From: Eledone cirrhosa
Taxonomy: Eukaryota
Assembly: GCA_964016885.1 (NCBI GenBank)
Contig: OZ024742.1
Location: forward strand, 68,386,001-68,450,000
Direction: 5' to 3'
Length of the DNA stretch: 64,000 bases
Both the position numbers and the translations under genes were made by a program. The notes under the pieces are model-generated. The model was not told the origin of the DNA and did not search any database. It saw only the letters and a program-made list of their open reading frames with translations. Shown here one piece after another: positions 50,401 through 64,000 of the stretch. The first letter of the stretch is position 1, and each line of letters begins with the position of its first letter.

Positions 50401-53278
50401 CCAACGATGAGCAATCTGGACAACTAAATACGTCCCTATCCTTACTCCTAACCAAAAACCTATCTAGGTACGATCTAGATTGACCACTGCGGTTTGCCCA
50501 GGTCCAGGTTGGCACAGTTGGAAAATCTAGTCGAAATCTATCGACCAGGTCGAATCGATCGAGTAACCCCTTGAGGCTGCTACACGCCCCTCTATTGGGA
50601 CATGCCCCTGCATAGTCCCAACGCGCATCTAGGATTCCATTCCAGTCCCCCACTAAAAGCAGGGAACGCGACGTTCCTACAAAAGTCTCCAGACGCTGGA
50701 AGAAGTCGGCTCTTTCAGCCCCGAAGGGGGCATAAAGACCGACCAGTCTGAAAGCCCCGCCTTCACCGCCTCCGACGTCCAGCACCAGTAATCGACCCCC
50801 CGGGTCCGAGTGAACAATCTGTACGTCGAGAGCCAGACGTTTATCCAGCAGTATGGCAACCCCACCCCCGCCTCCGGGTTGACAGAGAGATGCGTGCATC
50901 TCAAAGTCATCGAAGGCGGGAGCCAGCTGTCGCACGCTGCTGATCCGACTCTCGCAAACAACCATCACATCTATACTTCGTGACCTGAGGTCACTTAGAA
51001 GCTTTGCTTGCTTCCAAGCTGAGCCCAGGCCACGCGCATTCAAACAGCCAACTCTCAATTGATCTATTTTGGTGTTGAAAGTGAAGAAAGAAACCTACCT
51101 CTCCGGGTTGTGTAATTTCCATGGGGTCGGGTGTGTTGGGTGGAGGGATGTTTTGTGGTGGTGTGGGGGTATCCGAGTGTGGTGGGTTGGGGTATTTGGA
51201 GTTGTGTCAGGGATAGGGGAGGTTATGGGGAAATTTTCAAGAGGACGCGATTTAACGGTTTTAAACAGGGGGGGGGCTCACGTCCTGTTTAAATTGTTCT
51301 TTTAAGGAACGATAAAGGTCCAGAGGGACCTTTATCATTTTTAAATGGGTGAAGTTCTCTGTTGAGATAAAGTTTGGCCCTTCGGTCTGCACAAAAGGGC
51401 TATTGTTTATTAATTTAAACAGTTTTTTGTTTTCTTTATTTATATATGTGTATTGGAAAGTCTTTTTTTGTGATGCTGTCAATGTTTCGAAGGGTGGGAG
51501 GCGCAGATTTATTTTTGTTTGTCGAGGGTGGGGTGTTTTTGATTGGAGTTGGTGTTTGTGTGTGGGTTATTTGTTGTTGTGGTGTGCTGGGTGTGTGCTT
51601 TCGTTTTTTTCTTTTAACTTGTCTGAAGGCTTCTCCTCCTTCTTCTTCAGAAGTTGGGGGAAACTCTTCAGCGCTAGGTGGGAGGGACGTGGTGTCTGGT
51701 TGTTTTTTTTGCAGGAGGGGTAGATTTGTTGCTGTTTTTTTTATTATTTGTTTGGAATGTGTTTTGTGGTGGTGGTGGTGATGTTTGTGTCGTGCTTGTG
51801 GTTGGTGATGGTGGTGGTGGTGATGTTTGTGTTGTGGTTGGTGATGGTGGTGGTGATTTTTGTGTCGTGCTTGTGTTTGGTGCTGGTGGTGGTGATGTTT
51901 GTGTTGTGCTTGTGGTTGGTGGTGTCTGTATTTTGTTTGCTGTGTGTGGTACTAGTGTATTTTTGGAGGTGGGTGGTGTTGGTGTACTGTTTGTGGTGGG
52001 TGTGGGCAATAGTCCTTTTTGGGGGATACGATTCGGGCAGTTAGCCTTAACGTGTCCCCTTTCCGTGCATGAATAGCATGCTGGTCTTCTCCCCTCTACA
52101 ATTATATATATTGGGGTGAGGTCATCCAGCCAGATGCGATCCGGGATTTGCGCTATTCTTTCGGGCCTCATTTGGACTAGTAGGTCGAGGCCCATTCCCA
52201 GGAATGCATCTCCAGATGCCTTCCCCATTGACAGCACTGTGTCCTCGCCCATGTTTATGAAGCCAGCAATAGCCCACCAGAAGTCCATTGTGGGCAGCAT
52301 TGTCTATATTTTGACTCTCTGAGTTCTTCTACCCATGTAGGAGGGATAGAAACTGTATGTTGTTGATGAGAGTGGGCTTAGGGAAAGCCTCTGTGCTGTT
52401 TCCTTGTCTTTTGTTAAACCAGAAATGCTGCCATAGAGTCGGTCCTTTCGTATGAAGAGAATATTCTTCAAAAGTCTTTTAGGACCAACTCTATCTCCAT
52501 TTGGCTGGGCTGTGCTGGCTTTCTCGTGTGGTTTAGGACTGTTCTAAACAGAACAGTGTTTTCTAGTCTCGTTTTCTTGAATTCTGGGGGGGAGGGGATT
52601 AGTGGAAAATATTCCGTTCTCCCCCAAGACTATGTGCTTTTTTGCTTCTGCCAGTTTCTCTCTGGCGGCAGTTAAGTCAATAGGTGTATATATTATAGAT
52701 TTTTTTGTTGTCTGTGCGAAAGTTGTTTTTGTTGTGTTTGTGTTATTTATGTTGGTGTATTCGTTCACATTTTTTTTTCTTTGGGGTTAGACTCCATTTT
52801 TTCAAAATATTTACTTATATTTTCATTATCCGAGAGACTTGTAGTCACAGCTACTACTTCTCTTTCACCTTTGCTGGTGGGCGTGGCGCCGTGAAAAGTC
52901 GAAACGTCATCCATTCATTTTGGCAATTTCTCCGAGTTAATTTTTTTCACATTTTTTTCATTAGGGTTAGGTTCCATTTTTTCAATGTTTCTAATAATCA
53001 TTATTCTTTCAGTGGGGTGGCTTGTTGCCTCAGCTACCCGCTCTCCTTCAGTTTGTTTAGTGGGCGTGTCATCGTTACCTGTGGTAATGGCTTCCATTAC
53101 CACTAGCGTAGAGACAATTGCAAGATTTTTAGGATGAAAAATTTCACCCCAAAAGGGGTGAAATAAATTAACCCTAATGTCCGAAGACCCAGGCAAGGAT
53201 ACAGACAAACACTTACTGTTAACACGTAATATCTCCAATATTCACGGAGCCGATGTGAAGCACGTCTATGCCATCCGG
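47420..53278 (-). mobile_element. Tx1-clade LINE copy D, full length
   Basis: 5' UTR, ORF1 from ATG 53097 (CYSCTERGHVKANCP), ORF2, 3' UTR ending AATAAAGAAA-(TATC)n. Confidence 0.95.
47650..51067 (-). pseudogene. Tx1 copy D ORF2 (APE-RT-CCHC); frameshifts near 50410 and 49660-49730; start codon reads ATA
   Basis: ORF pieces 50381-51058, 49728-50423 and 47650-49716 with GDWN, YLDRFL, SDH, YADD, CPRC..H...C. Confidence 0.94.

Positions 53279-53279
<1 letters not shown>

Positions 53280-53359
<80 letters not shown>
53280..53359. repeat. (GATA)n spacer between D and E
   Basis: Directly visible. Confidence 0.97.
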
Positions 53360-53360
<1 letters not shown>

Positions 53361-53777
53361 ATTTCTTTATTAGCCACAAGGGCACAAAAGAAGGGGACAA
53401 ATACAAATGAGGAGTTTACATACAGGTATATGAAAATAAAACTATTAATAAAATAACAAATAACAATTGAAATCCCCAATAGGGGGGAGGCGTTACACAG
53501 GGGTTGTACACACCCCGAAAAAATGTACAACCCTCATCTCCAGGAGCACCACCAAGAGTGAGTACTCCCTTCCTCTCTTCCTCTTTTTCCTCAACCTACA
53601 GGCTTATAGAGAGAGAAGGCCCAACCACTCGGGCCATCTTTGCCATATTCACCCACATTTTATAAAATTTGCTGGGGTACAGCACCTCTCTCTCCATCCT
53701 GATTCTTCTTCCAAAATGATATTTGAAAAAACGAATCAGTTGCTCGCCGGAGAGAAAGGTGTCTGACCTCAACCCTT
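53360..53777 (-). mobile_element. Tx1-clade LINE copy E, severely 5'-truncated
   Basis: Only the last about 180 nt of ORF2 plus the 3' UTR remain; closest to copy C. Confidence 0.9.
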
Positions 53778-54429
53778 GTTGGATGGAGGAAGAAACAAAT
53801 AGAGATTAAAACAGATCTTTGCATTTGTTGAAATGGGAATGGTATATCGGAAGTAACACACGTGGTATAAATAACGGAAGTGACATATGTTTAAATAACG
53901 AATGCTGTACACATAACCACAAAGGCACATGAATAGTAAAAGTTCAGAATGACTGAAAAACAAAGGAAAAGATATTTTGATTGAATCGTGACAAAATATG
54001 GCTCTGTTAATTGCTTCCTTTTCTAAATTCTTCACTAAAAGTTTCTCTTACTCGAGATTTCAATCTCTTCACATCACTAAAATGATCTTATTATATAGCA
54101 TTCGGTATTTTATATGTTCTCTGTGTCCATTATCTTGTAGACATATATAAAAATGGCTGGTATAAAGTGATGGAAAATATCATTTAAGACGCGGTTTCTG
54201 TTTACGCACAGAGCTAATCACATCACTTGTATATATTAATAATCTAGAAAGCCATAAATATCACAGCTTTCAATTTACCTTCACACTGTTCGTATATAAA
54301 TACTTAAATGCACATATACATACCCATATTTACATACAAATATTTACATACATCTAAACACACACACTGACACACACACACACACACACATACACACGTG
54401 CACATACAAACATACAAACATACATACAT

Positions 54430-57400
54430 GCAGTGCCTTGAAACAACTATGCCTGTAAGAAACTTGACACCACCTGTACCATCTAAGTCTACCTCGAATG
54501 CCGGGGAAAACACTATCGATAATAATAATAATCGAAGAAATAATAATAATAATCGAAGAAATTTGACACCACGTGCACCATCCGAGTCTACCTCGACTCT
54601 TGTGGAAAATACTATCGATAATACTATCGATACTGATAATAATCAAGAGTATAAACAATTGAAATTTTCCCTCAACGAAATCTTCCAGAGAGAAATTAAT
54701 TCATGTATAAATATCTCTCTTGCTGAACGTATTAAAACGACAATGTTTAATAAAAAAACAAATAATGAAATATTACGTGTTATTGACGAAATAGGGGATG
54801 AATATTTACGACAGATAAAAATCCCAACATTGTGGCAAATCAACGCCTGTTTATATGTCTTAGCAACGACAGTGAAGCATTATCTTGGTGATAGCAGAGA
54901 TATTAACAAGAACAGAACACCACCAAAAATACCATCATATATAACTAAAATAGAAAAAAATATTGCTGACATACGAAAAAACATAGGATATGTGACAATG
55001 CTCCTTACATGCAAACAAACACAAAAAAACCTCACTCCTCACCAACAAAGAGTGAAAAATAAAATAGAGACGATCTTCGGTAACAGTAGAAGCAGAACTC
55101 TCCAATATAAGCTGATCACCCTCAAACAAGAATTGAGAGCTGTTAGCGAAAAACGCCGATACCTGAAGAAGGTAGATGAGAAAAAAGTGCTTAATAAAAG
55201 ATTCAGACGAAACCAAACATCAGTCTATAGAGATATGAAAGGCAAAATAATAAGTGTCACTGAGGCCCCATCCCTGAAAGACATAGATTCCTTTAGGAGC
55301 AAAATATGGGGTGAAAAGAAGAATTTCAACCAAGATGCAGTGTGGCTAAGAGAAATCCGAAAGAACTATTGCTCCTACACTACAACAAAAACATACGAAA
55401 TAAGTGAGGATACCCTTGAGACTGTGATAGAAAAACTCCAAGATAAGAAAACACCAGGAAGAGACATGATTGTAGGCTACTGGTACAAAAAACTGATATT
55501 CTATCGGAGGTATCTTACTGACCTCTACCAATAAGTTCTTAAGGGAGATACACTTATACCAGAATGGTTGACATTAGCACAAACGTTACTGGTCCCCAAG
55601 AACAAAGACACCCACTTGGCAAAAAACTACCGACCCATTGCATGCCAGAACCTAATGTATAGGATGTATACAGCCTGCCTCAACCTATTCCTCCAAGATC
55701 ACTGTGAAAATAATAACATCATCACAGATGAACAAGCAGCTGGAAAGAAAAGGGTTTGGGGATGTGCTGAACAACTCCTAATCAACAAAACTGCGATGTC
55801 GGAGGTGCGACAACTTAGGAGGAATATGACTACAGTCTGGCTGGACTACAGGAAAGCTTTCGATTCTGTTCCCCACTCTTGAATGATAGAAGCCCTCCAA
55901 CTTGCTAAAGTCCCAGACATTATTGTCAGAGCCATAGAGAGGCTGTCTTCTTCTTGGGCTACTATCCTAAGGTTAAAGACAGAGAGGGAGGACTCGATTT
56001 TCACTGATAAAATAAAATATTGCAGGGGTATATTTCAGGGGGACAGTCTCTCTGTAATATTATTCATCATGTCATTAAACCCCTTGTCCTTTCTGCTCAA
56101 GAAATGTGAGGGATACATCATTGGCTCACAGGAGGACAGAAATACGAACCTAACTCATAATTTCTTTGTGGACGATCTGAAACTCTATGCTAAGAACATG
56201 AATGGGATGAAGAAAAATCTTGACCTGGTTACAACGTTCTCAAAGGATATAGGAATGGAGTTTGGCCAAGATAAATGCTCATACATGACTGTAAAGCGGG
56301 GAAAAACAACAACCCAATCTAGCAACATTGTCATCAATGGCCTAAGTGTTTCACCGATATCTGATGAGGACTGTTACAGATACCTGGGGATAGATGAGAA
56401 CATATCCTATAATGGTATCTGTAATAAAGGATGCGTAACCAGGGAATACTACACCCGATTAAGAAAGATCTGGTCATCGGAACTCTCTGTGCAAAACAAA
56501 ACAGTGGCTCACAATGTGTTAGCTGTGCCTGTCCTAACACCAACGTTTGGAATACTCAATTGGACGATGGACGAAATCCGAGCAGTTGATACTGGAACTC
56601 GAAAAATACTAAACAACACCGGAAACTTCCACATCAACAGTGACATAGACCGCCTTTACTTGAAACGTAAGCAGGGAGGCAGAGGCCTAACATCAGTCCA
56701 GACCAAATTTGAATGTCGCATCATATCTCTCCGACAACATCTACGAACCTCGAAGCGTAGGAGCCCGTTTCTCGAGCAAGTCTATCTGCATGAAACAGAT
56801 AAGATCATGAGAGTTGGGAAGGAACTCCTCGAGAGATATTCCGTGTGATAATCAAATACTCACACCCAGGGATGTCGCTCAGCAGTATCGCAGTGAATCC
56901 ATGGATGAAAAACTGCATGCCTATCAGCAAAAAATCATGTATGGATATGTTGCCAGGAAGCTCCAGAGTGAGAGTAATATAGATAAGGAAAGTAGTCTAT
57001 CTTGGACCAACAACCGCTATATTGGCTCCCATTTTCAAGGATACGTCTTTGCAATCCAGGAACAGGAGATTAGCACGAAATACCTGATTCACAAAAGAGA
57101 TAGGGATGCAGGCAAAACACCTAGATGTGATAACAAGTGCAGACTCTGCAGAACTAACATCGAGGATTTCACCCATGTCTTCAGCAGCTGTCCAAAAATG
57201 TCATCGCGGTACTATCTACCTATAAGGCATGATGTAGTGGCCAAAACACTGTACAATGCAGTTCGTAAAAAAGATAGCTCCGATAATAAACATATTAAAA
57301 ACTACAGCAATGTGGAAGACATCCATGTACATAATATGAAAGAGTACTGGTGGAATGTTCCAGTAAAAACTCCAATAAAATCCAGGCATAACAGACCAGA

Positions 57401-57938
57401 TATTATGATATGGGACAGGGAGAAGAAAGCATGCACAGTAGTGGAAATTAGCTGCCCAAAGATTAGTGAAAAGGAGAATATTTATGCAGAACTGATGAGA
57501 AATCTGCAGATACTCCAACCTGATTACACCTTCAGATTTATGCCTGTGATTATTGGGGCACTGGGATATGTTAGTAACTGCCTCAATACAAATCTTGAGA
57601 AGCTGGGCTTCACAGGAACAAAATGAACACAACTAGTTAGGAAATGACAAATACAATCCATTAATGGAACAGTAAAAATATGTAAAACATTCCCAAAATG
57701 TTGCATCTAATAACTGCATATACACATGTACAGATACAAAGCATATACACATGTACACATACAACTCAAAACATACACATCCACACATACAATAACATCC
57801 ATATCTACACATGCAGACATACATACATATCTGCTTAGTTGATGTTGTGTAAATTCCAATGAGAGAGTCTTGTGTCTATGATAGAAACCGACTCTCTCTC
57901 TATTGGGAAAAATTTGTGAAATTATAAAACCAGAAAAA
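54430..57938 (+). mobile_element. R4/Dong-clade non-LTR retrotransposon (RT plus restriction-like endonuclease), copy 1, in (CATA)n
   Basis: NYRPIAC, LDYRKAFDSVPH, GIFQGDSLS, FFVDDLKLYA, CRLC..EDFTH..SSC, RHD, RPDIMIWD...VVEISCP. Stops at 55532, 55880 and 57624, frameshift about 56846; CATA repeats on both sides. Confidence 0.93.
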
Positions 57939-57951
57939 CACATACATACAT

Positions 57952-58510
57952 GGTGGCTGCCAACTCGTTTTCGAGTACGGCCACTACTTTATATCCATGT
58001 AGGAGAACCCCTACCGATGCGCTGAACGAGTGTGACTTTTTAGTCCAGCCAGCGACTTTAAAACTCTGGTACAAACACTACACTTGTGACAATCATTGAC
58101 ACATAGTGCTGGGCTTATGGTACCATGTGACGACAAGTGCAGAGAGGTCTCCTGATATAAAGCAATGCCTGTGTCGTGAAGCTTTTATAGTGAGCAAAGG
58201 CACTGCACAAAGCCAGTCCCACTCTCTTAACCAAGATGATATTTACCAAAAAGAAGAACAAGTCAACATCATTGGATACCATCAGGGTTGCAGGTGTTAT
58301 ATCAGAGTTTTCCTTCTCCTAGAATTCTGCCTTGACAAAGGCTAAGGGGTCATCTCTCCCGGTGATGTTGGATGGCCATTGACTCTTAAGAGCTCCTTTG
58401 CCCTTTGACAGGTTTTGTTTTTAGTCCTGCAGGATGTCCAAAGTTACCCTCCTCACCAAGAAACCTTGATGGGTTGCCAGTTTAGTCGCCAACGACCCGA
58501 CAATGAGACA
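57952..58510 (-). mobile_element. Bipartite RTE-derived non-autonomous element, longest copy
   Basis: Sense strand: RTE-type 5' UTR motif GGCAGAATTCTAGGAGAAGGAAAACTCTGA joined to the 3' zinc-finger remnant and (ATGT)n tail; no EN or RT. Confidence 0.82.
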
Positions 58511-58567
58511 TACATACATACATACATACATACATACATACATACATACATACATACATACATACAT

Positions 58568-58822
58568 GGTGTTTTCCTTCTCCTAGAATTCTGCCTTGAC
58601 AAAGGCTAAGGGGTCATCTCTCCCGGTGATTTTGGATGGCCATTGACTCTTAAGAGCTCCTTTGCCCTTTGACAGGTTTTATTTTTAGTCCTGCAGGATG
58701 TCCAAAGTCACCCTCCTCACCAAGAAACCTTGGTGGGGTTGCCAGTTTAGTCGCCAACGACCCGACCATGAGACAGGTTGTACTGGGATACATGTTACCA
58801 GTAGCACCAACTGGTGACCTGA
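58568..58822 (-). mobile_element. RTE-derived element, 5' UTR part joined directly to the tail
   Basis: Sense ...TAGGAGAAGGAAAACACC(ATGT)n; extends about 50 nt further 5' than the previous copy. Confidence 0.8.
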
Positions 58823-58892
58823 CATAAACATATATATATATATATACATACATACATACATACATACATACATACATACATACATACATACA

Positions 58893-58923
<31 letters not shown>

Positions 58924-59193
58924 GGTGGCTGCCAACTCATTTTCGAGTACGGCCACTACTTTATATCCATGTAGGAGAACTACCGATGCGTTGAACAAGT
59001 GTGACTTTTTAGTTCAGCCAGCGACTTGAAAACTCTGGTACAAACACTACACTTGTGACAATTATTGACACATAGTGTTGGTACCATGTGACGACAAGTG
59101 CAGAGAGATCTCAAGATATAAAGCAACGCCTGTGCCGTGTAGCTTTTATAGTGAGCAAAGGCACTGCACAAAGCCAGTCCCACTCTCTTAACC
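58924..59193 (-). mobile_element. RTE-derived element, 5'-truncated copy in (CATA)n
   Basis: Same sequence as the 4108 copy with small deletions. Confidence 0.85.
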
Positions 59194-59661
59194 ATACATA
59201 CACATACATATATATATACATACATATATATATATACATACACATACATATATATATATATACATACACATACATATATACATACACATACATAAACATA
59301 CACATACATAAACATATATATATACACATATATATATATATACACATATATACATATACATACATATATATATATACATACATATATATATATACATGCA
59401 TATATATATATATATATACATACATATATATATATATACATACATATATATATATATACATACATATATATATACATACATATATATATATACATGTATG
59501 TATGTATATATATGTATGTATGTATATATATATACATACATACATATATATACATACATACATACATACATATATATACATACATACATACATATACATA
59601 CACATATATATACATACACATATATACATATATATATATATACATACACACATACATATAC

Positions 59662-59692
<31 letters not shown>

Positions 59693-59705
59693 CTTATACA
59701 TATAT
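59194..59705. repeat. Compound (TA)/(CATA)/(CA) microsatellite
   Basis: Directly visible. Confidence 0.95.
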
Positions 59706-60024
59706 GTCGTTTGGAAGCCTCGACAATGCAAATGAGAAAATCTCCGGGCAACAAGGTCCGGTGGTGGAGAGAGAGAGATGCAAGTGGGTGCACGTTGAGA
59801 TGCGTGGTGTGTACAAGATGTGCGAGATGTGCAAAATGGAGGGAAGAGCAAAAGGACAAAAACAAAAATAACAACACAAGAGAGAGCCACCCTGGGAGAG
59901 ATTCAACAGTCCCTACATATTTCGGACTCACACCCATCAACATACATACATACATACATACATACATACATACATACATACATACATACATACATACATA
60001 CATACATACATACATACATACATA

Positions 60025-61231
60025 CGAAGCGTAGGAGCCCGTTTCTCGAGCAAGTCTATCTGCATGAAACAGATAAGATCATGAGAGTTGGGAAGGAACT
60101 CCTCGAGAGATATTCCCTGTGTGATAATCAAAACTCACACCCAGGAATGTCGCTCAGCAGTATCGCAGTGAATCCATGGATGAAAAACTGCATGCCTATC
60201 AGCAAAAAATCATGTATGGATATGTTGCCAGAAGCTCCAGAGTGAGAGTAATATAGATAAGGAAAGTAGTCTATCTTGGACCAACAACCGCTATATTGGC
60301 TCCCACTTTGAAGGATACGCCTTTGCAATCCAGGAACAGGAGATTAGCACGAAATACCTGATTCACAAAAGAGATAGGGATGCAGGCAAAACACCTAGAT
60401 GTGATAACAAGTGCAGACTCTGCAGAACTAACATTGAGGATATCACCCATGACATCAGCAGCTGTCCAAAGATGTCATCGCAGTACTATCTAACTATGAG
60501 GCATGATGTAGTGGCCAAAACACTGTACAATGCAGTTCGTAAAAAAGATAGCCCCGATAATAAACACATTAAAAGCTACAGCAATGTGGAAGACATCCAT
60601 GTACATAATATGAAAGAGTACTGGTGGAATGTTCCAGTAAAACCCCCAATAAAATGCAGGCATAACAGACCAGATATTATGATATGGGACAGGGAGAAGA
60701 AAGCATGCACAGTAGTGTAAATTAGCTGCCGAGCAGATGCCAATATAATATCAAAGATTAGTGAAAAGGAGAACATTTATGCAGAACTGATGAGAAATCT
60801 GCAGATACTCCACCTTGATTACACCTTCAGGTTTATGCCTGTGATTATTGGGGCACTGGGATATGTTAGTAACTGCCTCAATACAATTCTTGAGAAGCTA
60901 GGCTTCACAGGAACAGAAAGAACACAACTAGTTAGGAAATTACAAGTACAATCCATTAATGGAACAGTAAAAATATGTAAGACATTCCAAAAATGTTGCA
61001 TCTAATAACTGTATATACATATACAGATGCAAAGCATATACACATGCACACATACAACTCAAAACATACACATTCACACATACAATAACATCCATATCTA
61101 CACGTGCATGCATACATACATACCTACCTAGTTGATGTTGTGTAAATTCCAATGAGAGAGTCTTGTGTCTATGTTAGAAACCGACTCTCTCTCTATTGGT
61201 AAAACTTTGTGAAATTATAAAACCAGAAGAA
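60025..61231 (+). mobile_element. R4/Dong-like copy 2, 5'-truncated, (CATA)n on both sides
   Basis: Nearly identical to 56751-57938; keeps the ADANIIS codons of the RLE that copy 1 lacks. Confidence 0.93.
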
Positions 61232-61254
61232 CATATATACATACATACATACAT

Positions 61255-63990
<2,736 letters not shown>

Positions 63991-64000
63991 TACATACATA

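Noticed and set aside
56362-56385. CTGATGA motifs inside the Dong-like RT (also near 62894)
   Set aside because: They lie in coding sequence and lack a correctly placed GAAA and stems; not hammerheads.

Overview
AT-rich, microsatellite-saturated animal genomic DNA. The SINE repertoire and repeat style suggest an octopus or other coleoid cephalopod (inference). Almost all long ORFs belong to retrotransposons; most of the other ORF-track entries are translated microsatellites. (1) Five copies (A-E) of Tx1-clade LINEs (ORF1 with CCHC knuckle; ORF2 with APE, RT and CCHC) sit in (GATA)n tracts, including a head-to-tail trio at 42.4-53.8 kb. (2) Four copies of an R4/Dong-clade RLE retrotransposon sit in (CATA)n tracts. 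(3) Five copies of a short bipartite RTE-derived non-autonomous element use the same (CATA)n tracts on the opposite strand. Also present are a decayed mariner, a non-autonomous Helitron, Penelope/CR1/RTE fragments, about a dozen tRNA-derived SINEs, a minimal hammerhead ribozyme, several long hairpins and tentative exons of a + strand host gene. The most notable signal is in the Tx1 elements. All copies retaining the relevant regions show conserved splice-site-like sequences. These would make ORF2 an intron, with the donor at the end of ORF1 and the acceptor at the ORF2 stop codon. They would also put a covarying hairpin module inside a short 5'-UTR intron. This is a retrovirus/copia-like spliced versus unspliced RNA design that I do not know from Tx1 LINEs. 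It is a hypothesis from sequence alone and needs RNA data.
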